Source: Promethearchaeota archaeon
GTDB taxonomy: Archaea; Asgardarchaeota; Lokiarchaeia; Sigyniarchaeales; SOKP01
Assembly (NCBI GenBank): GCA_013375475.1
Contig: JABXKD010000037.1
Coordinates: 6,246-34,292 of the forward strand
Direction: 5' to 3'
Length of the DNA: 28,047 nt
Part shown: one piece after another, positions 8,881 through 17,605 of the stretch
Position numbering within the stretch: position 1 is the stretch's first letter
Layout of the letters: each line of letters begins with the position of its first letter
Notes under the pieces: generated by a model
The model's input: only the letters and a program-made list of their open reading frames with translations
The model's database searches: none
What the model was told of the DNA's origin: nothing
Position numbers and translations under genes: made by a program

Positions 8881-10782
8881 TTACTCGTATTCAGCATCCA
8901 CTACGCCGTCGTCTTGGCCTGTAGCTCTACGGAATTGTTCTTCTTCAACTTCGTCTGCTGTCTTGCTTTGATATCCATAATTATCTCCGCCCATACCTCC
9001 AGGTGGAGCTCCTTGATATGCACCTTCAGGTTGACCTTGTTGTTGTCCATACATTCGAGATGATACCTCGTGTAGAGAATTCTGTAAAGTTTCCATTGAA
9101 CTCTTTATTCGAGCCACATCATCAGATTCCATAGCACTCCTAAGGTCAGAAACCTTTTCCAAGATATTTGATTTTAAATCTCCTATTACCGATTCATTTT
9201 CCTTCAAAAGCTTCTCAGTTTGATAGATTAAAGCCTCACCGTGATTCTTAGCTTCAGTTAGTTCTTTAAATCTTTGATCTTCTTCAGCGTAATTCTCGGC
9301 TTCTCTTACTTTTTGGTTGATCTCGTCTTCTGACATCTTCGTTGATGCAGTAATCGTTATCGATTGACTTTTACCAGTTCCTTTATCTTTCGCTGAAACG
9401 TTGATAATTCCATTTTGATCGATGTCAAATGTCACTTCGATTTGAGGCATGCCTCGTGGAGCAGGTGGTATCCCCGTTAAATGAAACCTTCCTAAAGTTA
9501 TGTTATTAGCAGCTTTTGGCCTTTCTCCTTGTAATACGTGAATCTCTACTGCAGGTTGATTGTCAGCCGCCGTAGAGAAAGTCTCAGCTTTTTTTGTTGG
9601 AATAGTAGTATTTCGGTTGATCAATTTAGTAAATACGCCACCTAAGGTCTCAACTCCTAACGATAATGGAGTGACATCTAAAAGCAATAAGTCTTCTACC
9701 TCTCCAGTTAAAACTCCACCTTGAACAGCAGCACCCATAGCAACACATTCCATAGGATCTATGCTTCTTTCAGGCTTTTTCCCTAAGAAATCTTCGAATA
9801 TTTTTTGAACGCTTGGCATTCTTGTTGGTCCACCAACTAAAATTACTTTGTTAACTTCTCCTTTTTTTAATTCCGCGTCTTTCAAAGCTTTAATGATAGG
9901 TGATTCTAATCTCTTTAAAATAGGATCTATCAGTTGTTCTAATTTCGCTCTTGTAAGGCTCATAGCTAGATGTTTTGGACCTGCATCAGTTGCAGTTATG
10001 TAAGGCAAATTAATATCAGTTGATACTGAGGTCGATAACTCAATTTTAGCCTTTTCAACCGCTTCTTTGATTCTTTGCATTGCCATCGAATCTTTACTTA
10101 AGTCAACACCTTCTTGGTTCTTAAATTCATCAACAACATATTTTACAAGTAACCTATCCATATCAGTTCCACCTAATTGAGTATCTCCCGCTGTCGAAAT
10201 TACCTCAAAGACTTGACTGTCCAGTTCCATTACCGTGACATCAAATGTACCACCGCCTAGATCTAAAACTGCGATTTTTAACTTCGCATCTTTTTTATCT
10301 AACCCGTATGCTACAGCAGCGGCAGTTGGTTCGTTAATTAAACGTTTAACGTTTAATCCCGCGATCTCTCCCGCGTCTTTCGTAGCTTGTCTTTGATTGT
10401 CGTTAAAGTAAGCAGGTACTGTAATAATAACATCTGTTACTTCTTCACCTAAGTAAGCACTCGCGTCTTCTTTGATTTTTCTTAGAATCATTGCTGAAAT
10501 TTCCTGTGGTTTGTATTCTTTGTTATCGATCTTCACTTTATAGGAGGTTCCCATCTTTCGCTTTATAGCTGTAATCGTTCGGTCCGGATTCGAAATTGCT
10601 TGCCTTCTCGCAGGTTCTCCTACTAATCTTTGACCATCCTTTGTAAATGCTACAACGGAAGGAAAAGCCTTACCGCCTAATGTATTACCTTCAGCACTAG
10701 GAATAATCGTAGGTTTGCCACCGACTAATACAGCAGCAGCTGAATTGGAAGTTCCTAAATCTATACCAATTATTTTTCCCAT
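8881..10782 (-). CDS. dnaK: Chaperone DnaK (Hsp70)
   Basis: [42 protein letters not shown]-terminal VVDAEYE; lacks the proteobacterial N-terminal insertion. Confidence 0.99.
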   Translation of the reverse strand: MGKIIGIDLGTSNSAAAVLVGGKPTIIPSAEGNTLGGKAFPSVVAFTKDGQRLVGEPARRQAISNPDRTITAIKRKMGTSYKVKIDNKEYKPQEISAMILRKIKEDASAYLGEEVTDVIITVPAYFNDNQRQATKDAGEIAGLNVKRLINEPTAAAVAYGLDKKDAKLKIAVLDLGGGTFDVTVMELDSQVFEVISTAGDTQLGGTDMDRLLVKYVVDEFKNQEGVDLSKDSMAMQRIKEAVEKAKIELSTSVSTDINLPYITATDAGPKHLAMSLTRAKLEQLIDPILKRLESPIIKALKDAELKKGEVNKVILVGGPTRMPSVQKIFEDFLGKKPERSIDPMECVAMGAAVQGGVLTGEVEDLLLLDVTPLSLGVETLGGVFTKLINRNTTIPTKKAETFSTAADNQPAVEIHVLQGERPKAANNITLGRFHLTGIPPAPRGMPQIEVTFDIDQNGIINVSAKDKGTGKSQSITITASTKMSEDEINQKVREAENYAEEDQRFKELTEAKNHGEALIYQTEKLLKENESVIGDLKSNILEKVSDLRSAMESDDVARIKSSMETLQNSLHEVSSRMYGQQQGQPEGAYQGAPPGGMGGDNYGYQSKTADEVEEEQFRRATGQDDGVVDAEYE

Positions 10783-10832
10783 ATTTTATCACTTCTTTTT
10801 TTTTTAATTTTTATTATCATTTTTGTTTAAAT

Positions 10833-11501
10833 TTATAAGTTTGATTTGGTTTTTGATATCTTAACCCCAGAGGGTCTTAATACCTTGTTATTTAAATAAT
10901 AACCTTTATTTAATTCTTCTATAACAGTATTTTCAGGGAGTTGATCATTCTCTTCAACCATTAACGCTTCGTGCTTGTAAGGATCGAACTTTTCTCCATC
11001 ACAATGCATAGGTATGACTCCCTCATCTTCTAAGAATTTTTCAAAATTTTCAACAATCATTTTAAACCCCTTTTTTACCGATTCTCCTTTTTCTACTAAA
11101 TCCAAGACATTAAATGCTCTCAGTAAGTCTTCGTAATGCTTAATTAATTTCTTCAGCATATCTTCTTTGATTTGCGTTCTATATCTCTCGTTCTCTCGAT
11201 GGTTTGTCTTTTTGTAATTATCGAAGTCCGCTTGAGTTCTCAGTAAAGATTTTAAGTATTTCTCCGTTTTCTCCTCTAAGTCCTTTAATTGTCTACCATC
11301 TTCTTTTAATATTTCAATTTGTTTCTCTAACTCTGATTTTTTTGATTCAACTTCATCTAATTTCTTTGCCAACATTTCGTATTTTTCCGCTGTCTCAACG
11401 AGCTTTTTGTACTTCTCTTTTGAAATCGTTACCTTCCGGTAAGGGTCTTCCAATGACCTTCGACCATTGAAAAATTCGTCGTAATAATCTTCAAATACCA
11501 T
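10833..11501 (-). CDS. grpE: Nucleotide exchange factor GrpE
   Basis: LRTQADFDNYKK, FDPYKHEA, GYYLNNKVLRPSGVKI; directly upstream of dnaK. Confidence 0.95.
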   Translation of the reverse strand: MVFEDYYDEFFNGRRSLEDPYRKVTISKEKYKKLVETAEKYEMLAKKLDEVESKKSELEKQIEILKEDGRQLKDLEEKTEKYLKSLLRTQADFDNYKKTNHRENERYRTQIKEDMLKKLIKHYEDLLRAFNVLDLVEKGESVKKGFKMIVENFEKFLEDEGVIPMHCDGEKFDPYKHEALMVEENDQLPENTVIEELNKGYYLNNKVLRPSGVKISKTKSNL

Positions 11502-11532
11502 ATTTTATTCTCTTTTTTTTAACAATTATTTC

Positions 11533-11553
11533 TTGTCAACAATCAATTGACAA
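11533..11553. promoter_or_regulatory. Candidate operator: perfect inverted repeat TTGTCAA-N7-TTGACAA
   Basis: Read directly from the sequence; 31 nt upstream of the grpE ATG and 27 nt downstream of a TATA-like box. Confidence 0.6.
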
Positions 11554-11580
11554 TCATTAATATACTTATATTAATTGACT

Positions 11581-11588
11581 TATTTAAA
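11581..11588 (-). promoter_or_regulatory. TATA box of the grpE-dnaK-dnaJ-tfb operon
   Basis: TTTAAATA on the minus strand about 80 nt upstream of grpE; matches the archaeal TTTAWA consensus. Confidence 0.5.
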
Positions 11589-11992
11589 GGTATCGATTCT
11601 TAAATATAAATAGCTTAAGCTTTCTACTAAAGAAATATTACAATTTTCAAATTTTATATTTGATTTAAAATACAAAAAAAAGTAGTTAATTTCAAGCATT
11701 GAAAGCATTTTTTAACAAAAAACTAATAATAACAAAAAATAGGATGAATTGATTATGAAAAATTAGAGCTGACAAGTGTAATAAAATGAAATTCTATATC
11801 TAAAATTGAAATTGTAAGTGAAAGATTTTCCTTAATATATGCAGAAAAAGGAATAAAGATTTGAAAAAACTTAATTCGTTATAAATAACTAATAAGCAAA
11901 ATTTATACATATAATATAGGAAGAACTTACAAAATAATTTATCAAAACTATATAAACCTATTTTATAATCCTTGTATTTAATCGTAAAAAAA

Positions 11993-12763
11993 ATGACAAC
12001 TTCTATTGTAATTGAGGGTAAAATCTCTGTAGATGCAGTTTTACGCTCAAAATATCGTAAGGTTCTGACTATATTTTACGATGTTGCCAAGCTTCAGAGA
12101 AAAAAGAATAAAAAGCGAGTAAGATCTCTCAAGCAGACAATTGAATTAGCAAATTCCAAGGATGTTAAGATTGAAGCAGTGGATCAAAAATAGTTTCAAA
12201 AAAATGCAATTGGAAAGACTCACGGAGGAATTGCTGCCATTGTAAGTGAAAGAACTTATCAAAAAATACCTGAACTCTTGAAATCAAAACCAGGCATATT
12301 TTTTTTTTTAGATGGAATTGAAGATCCTTATAATCTTGGCTATACAATACGGTCATTATATGCCGCGGGAATAGATGGAATCGTGATGAGACAGAGAAGT
12401 TGGCTTGATGTGGAGGGAATTATTATTAAATCTTCTGCAGGCACCTCAGAATTAATGCTGATTGCGTTAGTTGAAGATCTCGAAACAACCATAAACTTCT
12501 TTAAATCTAAAAATTACACCATTGCTTGCACTGGTAAAGATGAAGGGCAGTCAATATATCAAAGTAGTCTGAAGCCCCCGTTGTTTATAGTAATTGGGGG
12601 TGAAAAAAGAGGTATTAATCGCAATTTTTTAGATAATGCAGATTTACGGCTTAACATCCCTTATAAGCGTGAATTTGTAGGATCTCTCCCTATTAATTCG
12701 GTAGCCGTTATAATTGGATTTGAAATTCTTAGGCAACGAAAAGATTCTAACGAAATTTATTAA
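11993..12763 (+). pseudogene. TrmH/RlmB-family (SPOUT) RNA 2'-O-methyltransferase interrupted by one in-frame TAG at 12191-12193 (pseudogene, sequence error or recoded)
   Basis: Track ORFs 11972..12193 and 12278..12763 share a frame. Reading through gives DQK*FQKNAIGKTHGGIAA..LDGIEDPYNLG..R..IGGEKRG..IP..SLPINS, 256 codons, a typical full length. Confidence 0.8.
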
Positions 12764-12910
12764 GGTACCAGAAAGCAGATAGAAACTATAATATTTATAA
12801 AAATCCATATAAAATATTATATTACATGGATTTTAGGCATATTCATTATTGCTTACGTTTTATACAAAAGATTCAGCAAAGATGGAAGAGTCGAGGGTTA
12901 TCCACTGGGA

Positions 12911-13585
12911 ATGCCTCGTGGAACGATTAGAGCTATTATCACCTTGATGATTGTATTGTTTCCCTTCAATTATATCATTTGGCCAGCTCAGATTCCTTCA
13001 GAAATTATCAGTTCAATATTTATTTTAGTAGCATTTTATTTTGAGGCGCGAAAAGGCGAAGATTATACATTAAAAATTATTGCCGAGGTTAAAAATCCTG
13101 AAAAGGCAGCCGAGGAGAAAAAGAAGATTAAATTACCTCTTTATCTCCCAAAATATTCTGTTAGAATATCTTTACTGATCATACTAGTTATTTACTATTT
13201 AATCGATATATTTGTTCAAAATATATCATTAGAGTTAACTAATACTTTAATAGACATTTTAATAATTGCTATATTATACTTTATTGGTACATTCTTTCGA
13301 ACAATAGGTCAACTTTGGCATAAGAAAAAGTTGAAAGAGCAAATTGAAGCAATTCCCAATTATATTGAACTTTCGAAATACATAATTCTAGAGAAATTAA
13401 ATAAAAGTAAACGTGGCGGAGTTAATAATGTGTTTAAGAGTATATTTTCCGTATTTGTATTTGTAGTGATAACAACTTCTTTATTATTATTCACTACTGA
13501 TACTGATTTTGTATTGATTTTTAATGTATCATTACGTAGAGCCCTTTTACTTCTTATTAACTTGTACTATGGCTTTAGGGATTAA
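12911..13585 (+). CDS. Hypothetical multi-pass membrane protein (true start probably upstream)
   Basis: About 6 hydrophobic segments; frame open 49 codons further upstream with another TM segment; duplicated PLxxPxx[ST][IV]R motif. Confidence 0.8.
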   Translation: MPRGTIRAIITLMIVLFPFNYIIWPAQIPSEIISSIFILVAFYFEARKGEDYTLKIIAEVKNPEKAAEEKKKIKLPLYLPKYSVRISLLIILVIYYLIDIFVQNISLELTNTLIDILIIAILYFIGTFFRTIGQLWHKKKLKEQIEAIPNYIELSKYIILEKLNKSKRGGVNNVFKSIFSVFVFVVITTSLLLFTTDTDFVLIFNVSLRRALLLLINLYYGFRD

Positions 13586-13708
13586 AATTAAATAAAATTT
13601 CATCTTTTTTTTTAGTTTTTATTCTACTTCTGAAGGTTTAACTTCAAAAGGCATAAATTTATTATTTTTCAATAAATCACCTATCTTAAAATAGATAATG
13701 TGAATAGT

Positions 13709-14950
13709 ATGAAATATAGAAAAATGGGTTCTCTTGACTGGGATGTTTCTGCTTTAGGCTTTGGGGCTATGAGGTTACCAACAAAATGGGTAAAAGATGA
13801 GAAAACAGGAGAAATGAAAAATATGGTTGAAGAGGACGAAGCAATTAAAATGATACGCCATGCTATAGATAGCGGAGTTAATTATATCGACACTGCATAT
13901 CCATATCATGGAGGAGAAAGCGAAGTAGTAGTTGGAAAAGCGTTAAAGGACGGATATCGCGAAAAAGTTCATCTAACCACGAAATTACCTATGTGGATGG
14001 TTAAAAACGCTGAGGATTTTGATGATTTTCTAAACCAACAAATCGAGAGATTACAAACTAAGCCAGACATATACTTATTCCACGGGTTAACGAAGGATAG
14101 GTTAGAAAAAATAAAATCTTTAAATTTAGTTGAAAAAATGGAACAGGCTAAAGAAAAAGGATTAATAAAGCACATCGGTTTCTCGTTTCACGATAATTTT
14201 GAGGTTTTTAAAGAAATCATTGATTTTTATGATTGGGATTGTTGTCAGATTCAATATAATTATCTCGATATTGACTATCAGGCCGGTACTAAGGGTTTAG
14301 AATATGCAGGGAGTAAAAACATAGCAGTTATTGTTATGGAGCCAATTCGGGGAGGTAAATTAGCGATTCCAGAAAGAAAATTAGAATCTAAACCTGAAAT
14401 TAAGAAAATTCTTGAAAATTCAAAAGCTAAGAGGAGTATGGCAGATTTCGCACTCCAATTCGTTTGGAATCATGCAGAAGTTTCCGTTGTCTTAAGTGGG
14501 ATGAGTACAATGCAACATGTTATAGAAAATATTGCTTCCGCAAATCTTTCAGGTGCAAATACTTTGAATGATGACGAATTAAATACAATTTCTGAACTGC
14601 GTAAAGCTTACGACAAATTTCTTATAGTTCCTTGCACGAGTTGTGGATATTGCTTACCTTGTCCTAATGATGTTTCAATCCGTTTTGTTCTTAGATTATT
14701 AAATGATGTGGCTTATTGGGGGGAATCCGGTAGACAAAGAATTGCGTATTTTTATAATAATATGGCTAAAACTCAAAAAGATATCGAGTTAAAGAGAGCT
14801 AATGGCGAAGAAATAGAGGGTGCTGCTACTTTATGCATCCAATGCGGAGAATGTCTTGATAAATGTCCCCAACAGATTGAAATTCCCGAATTCATGGAGA
14901 AAGCAAACGAAATATTTGAGAACGGAAAAAGCATTTCTGATATTTTGTAA
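13709..14950 (+). CDS. Aldo/keto reductase with C-terminal 4Fe-4S dicluster domain
   Basis: LGFGAMRLP, GVNYIDTAYPYH..SE, TKLP, IGFSFH, QIQYNY, VMEPIRGG, LSGMS; CTSCGYCLPCP and CIQCGECLDKCP. Alternative GTG start at 13700. Confidence 0.93.
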   Translation: MKYRKMGSLDWDVSALGFGAMRLPTKWVKDEKTGEMKNMVEEDEAIKMIRHAIDSGVNYIDTAYPYHGGESEVVVGKALKDGYREKVHLTTKLPMWMVKNAEDFDDFLNQQIERLQTKPDIYLFHGLTKDRLEKIKSLNLVEKMEQAKEKGLIKHIGFSFHDNFEVFKEIIDFYDWDCCQIQYNYLDIDYQAGTKGLEYAGSKNIAVIVMEPIRGGKLAIPERKLESKPEIKKILENSKAKRSMADFALQFVWNHAEVSVVLSGMSTMQHVIENIASANLSGANTLNDDELNTISELRKAYDKFLIVPCTSCGYCLPCPNDVSIRFVLRLLNDVAYWGESGRQRIAYFYNNMAKTQKDIELKRANGEEIEGAATLCIQCGECLDKCPQQIEIPEFMEKANEIFENGKSISDIL

Positions 14951-15094
14951 GAGTATAATATCCCGAAATTAGTCTTAAATATTTGAACATTAACATAAAT
15001 AAATAATATAAGGTATCGACTGTTAATTGTAGTATAAAAATGGATTTTTTATTTTAATTAATAAAAAAGAAAAATAACATGGAATGAAGAAGTT

Positions 15095-15259
15095 ATGAAA
15101 GATATCAAATGGAAATTATTTAAAAAGACATTTCCCCTAATCTGTACAAATTGTGATAATTTTTCCAATATGGAAAGAGACTATTGCGAAAGTTGTGGAG
15201 CAAAAGACAGTTTCAGAGCAATCACAAAAGCTGATCATTCAAGATATCAAAATAAATAA
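15095..15259 (+). CDS. Small zinc-ribbon protein (54 aa)
   Basis: Manual translation MKDIKWKLFKKTFPLICTNCDNFSNMERDYCESCGAKDSFRAITKADHSRYQNK*; CxxC-x10-CxxC. Not in the ORF track. Confidence 0.7.
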   Translation: MKDIKWKLFKKTFPLICTNCDNFSNMERDYCESCGAKDSFRAITKADHSRYQNK

Positions 15260-15307
15260 GATATTATTATAAGTAAGATTCGATTAGAAGCTAATACTTA
15301 CAAATTA

Positions 15308-15505
15308 TTATTCTTTTAAACTTTTCTTTATCTTTTGGTACAAATCTCTTAATCCAGTGTCCTCAAGAAATTGATAAATTTTTGAAGTTGGTGTAACATT
15401 CTTTGATGGTTCCTTTTTACTTAATTCACTCCCACAATATTCACAGATAACTTGATTTTGATTCGTAGCTTCTGTGTTACAGTATGAACATTTCATTTTA
15501 AACAT
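15308..15505 (-). CDS. Small zinc-ribbon protein (65 aa)
   Basis: CSYC-x11-CEYCG plus an amphipathic C-terminal helix; tandem TAA TAA stop. Confidence 0.75.
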   Translation of the reverse strand: MFKMKCSYCNTEATNQNQVICEYCGSELSKKEPSKNVTPTSKIYQFLEDTGLRDLYQKIKKSLKE

Positions 15506-15605
15506 ACCATGTAATCAAAAGATATCATTCCTATAATAATAAACTCATTTAGCACTATTTAAATTTACTAAGCTAGCGATTAAAAAAAAAAAGTAATTAA
15601 TTTAA

Positions 15606-16349
15606 CTATTTTTTACCGAATTTTTTAAACAAGAAAATGCCTAGTATCACTATTAATATACTCATTAAAGCAATAATACCAAGATACATCAAAATTTCTA
15701 CTGCAAAGGGAGACACACCATTGAATATTGTTGTTATTGCCTTGGTGACATAATAACTAGGGAGAAAGGCCGCTATGCCTTGTGTAACTTCAGTTGGTTG
15801 GATGAAAGTACCAAAAAACATTTGGGGGAGAATAAATATAAATGAAAGTCCCACAGCAGCACCTGACGATTTTGATATCGAAGCTGTAATTAGGCCTAGT
15901 CCTACAGAGCATAGTGATAACAATAGCATAAAAATAAATGCCATTACGACTCCAAAAACATCTACATTTGGTCGAAAGCCCATTAATAGAGAAAATAGAA
16001 AGACTATGACAAGTTGGATAACTGCGATAACCATGTTTGTGATGATATGACTCCCTATAAATTGGCTTGAAGTTGTAGGTGTCACATTTATCCTCTTCAA
16101 TAACCCACTTTCTCGATCTTCAGTAAAAGACATAGCCACGGTCATTACTAAGAAAATACACGCGTAAGCAAATAATCCTGGGGCCATCATATCAAACATT
16201 GCTGAATCTCCACCACCTATTCCACCAAATGCTAATCCAAATACTAATGTGAGTATAGCTGGAAAAAGCAAATTTAAAAATAGAATAGCTGGTTCTCTAA
16301 TCAATTTCAATAGTTCCATTTTTACTAGTGCTAAAACTCTTTGCATCAT
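15606..16349 (-). CDS. ABC-2 type transporter permease
   Basis: About 6 TM helices, EDRESGLLKRINVTP motif; adjacent to the ATPase gene. Confidence 0.92.
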   Translation of the reverse strand: MMQRVLALVKMELLKLIREPAILFLNLLFPAILTLVFGLAFGGIGGGDSAMFDMMAPGLFAYACIFLVMTVAMSFTEDRESGLLKRINVTPTTSSQFIGSHIITNMVIAVIQLVIVFLFSLLMGFRPNVDVFGVVMAFIFMLLLSLCSVGLGLITASISKSSGAAVGLSFIFILPQMFFGTFIQPTEVTQGIAAFLPSYYVTKAITTIFNGVSPFAVEILMYLGIIALMSILIVILGIFLFKKFGKK

Positions 16350-16353
16350 TTTT

Positions 16354-17313
16354 TTAGACTCCCTCCAGAATTCTTCTTCCTGTTATTTTCATAAAGACTT
16401 CCTCTAAATTTGTAGCATCGTGTTTTTTCATTAGTTCTTTAGGAGACCCAAGTGCAATAAGTTCTCCATAATCAATGATCCCTACTCTGTCACATAGTGC
16501 CTCCGCTTCCTCAATATAATGAGTTGTTAAAATTATTGTCTTATCATTTTGCTTAAGATCACCGATAAAATTCCATGTCTTCCGTCTAGCCCGAGGATCC
16601 ATTCCGACCGTTGGTTCGTCCAGAAAGACGATTTTAGGATCATTAATTAACGCAATAATTAAATTTAACTGTCGAATCATACCGCCACTATATCCTTTTG
16701 CTTTCCTATTGCTTGCCTCTTTTAATCCCGAAGCTTCAAAGAACTTATCCGCTCGTTCTTTCAGAAGTTTTTTATCCATTTCGAATAAATTTCCAAAGAG
16801 TTCAACATTCTCTCGCCCTTTTAGAAATTTATAGACTGATGCTTCTTGAGGGCACACTCCGATCATTTCTTTTATTTTGTTTAAATCTCTTTTTACATCG
16901 TATCCTCCTACAACTGCAGTTCCTTCTGTCGGATTTAACAAACCTACAAGCATATTAATTGTTGTTGTTTTACCCGCACCGTTTGGGCCTAAAAGACCAA
17001 AAAGTTCACCTTTTTTTATTTCTAGATTTAACCTGTTTACGGCAGTAACATCATCGAACTGTTTTACGAGATCTTTAATAATTATAGCGCTTGCACCATC
17101 AGGATCAAATACATCTTCTGGTTTTTCCTTTTTAAATTTTATTTTCGAAGGTTCATCAGGGACGAGTTTCTGTAACCTCGCAATTTCCTGCTCAAGAGCG
17201 TCGATTTTATCAAGATATCGAGCAATTTCATTATTTTTTAAACTTAAATCCTTTTTAAGTTCATCTATTGATTTTAACATCTCTTCTTTGTCGTTCATAT
17301 TTCTTAATACCAT
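16354..17313 (-). CDS. ABC transporter ATP-binding protein (DrrA/NodI-like) with N-terminal coiled-coil extension
   Basis: Walker A GPNGAGKTT, signature YSGGM, Walker B VFLDEPT, H-loop TTH, C-terminal LEEVF. Confidence 0.93.
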   Translation of the reverse strand: MVLRNMNDKEEMLKSIDELKKDLSLKNNEIARYLDKIDALEQEIARLQKLVPDEPSKIKFKKEKPEDVFDPDGASAIIIKDLVKQFDDVTAVNRLNLEIKKGELFGLLGPNGAGKTTTINMLVGLLNPTEGTAVVGGYDVKRDLNKIKEMIGVCPQEASVYKFLKGRENVELFGNLFEMDKKLLKERADKFFEASGLKEASNRKAKGYSGGMIRQLNLIIALINDPKIVFLDEPTVGMDPRARRKTWNFIGDLKQNDKTIILTTHYIEEAEALCDRVGIIDYGELIALGSPKELMKKHDATNLEEVFMKITGRRILEGV

Positions 17314-17605
17314 TCTAAAGTATATTTCATTTTAATTAATTATTAAAACCGTTATAGCTATATTTATTGTTCTATTTTAGTGATAATTTAATATTTAGTA
17401 GTCCGATATTTGACATACATTCTCTTAATCAAAATATCTATATATAGTAGAATATTGAATTGAACAATTAGTGGGAAAAATGTTTTGAGAATTAAACCTG
17501 GATATTTTAGATTGAAATCTGAGTACTTAATAGATTTTCTCCATGACGGTGTTACCTATAAAGAAAAAGGAGATACTTTACACGAGATGGTAATTGTAAA
17601 ATAGA

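Noticed and set aside
11502-11600. CIRCE or HAIR element upstream of grpE
   Set aside because: The inverted repeat matches neither consensus and no hrcA or hspR gene is present; reported as a distinct candidate motif instead.
11700-11870. Possible small gene or remnant in the grpE-trmH spacer (AGGATG..ATG at 11755)
   Set aside because: The ATG-initiated frames I checked close within a few codons; nothing recognisable.
12165-12290. Programmed frameshift joining the two trmH ORFs at the A-runs
   Set aside because: Both ORFs are in the same frame; only a TAG separates them.
2019-17438. Shared 13-mer TTAATCAAAATAT (2019-2031 and 17426-17438), each preceded by TTGACATA
   Set aside because: Exact AT-rich matches of this length are expected by chance in 28 kb at this composition, and the spacing differs.
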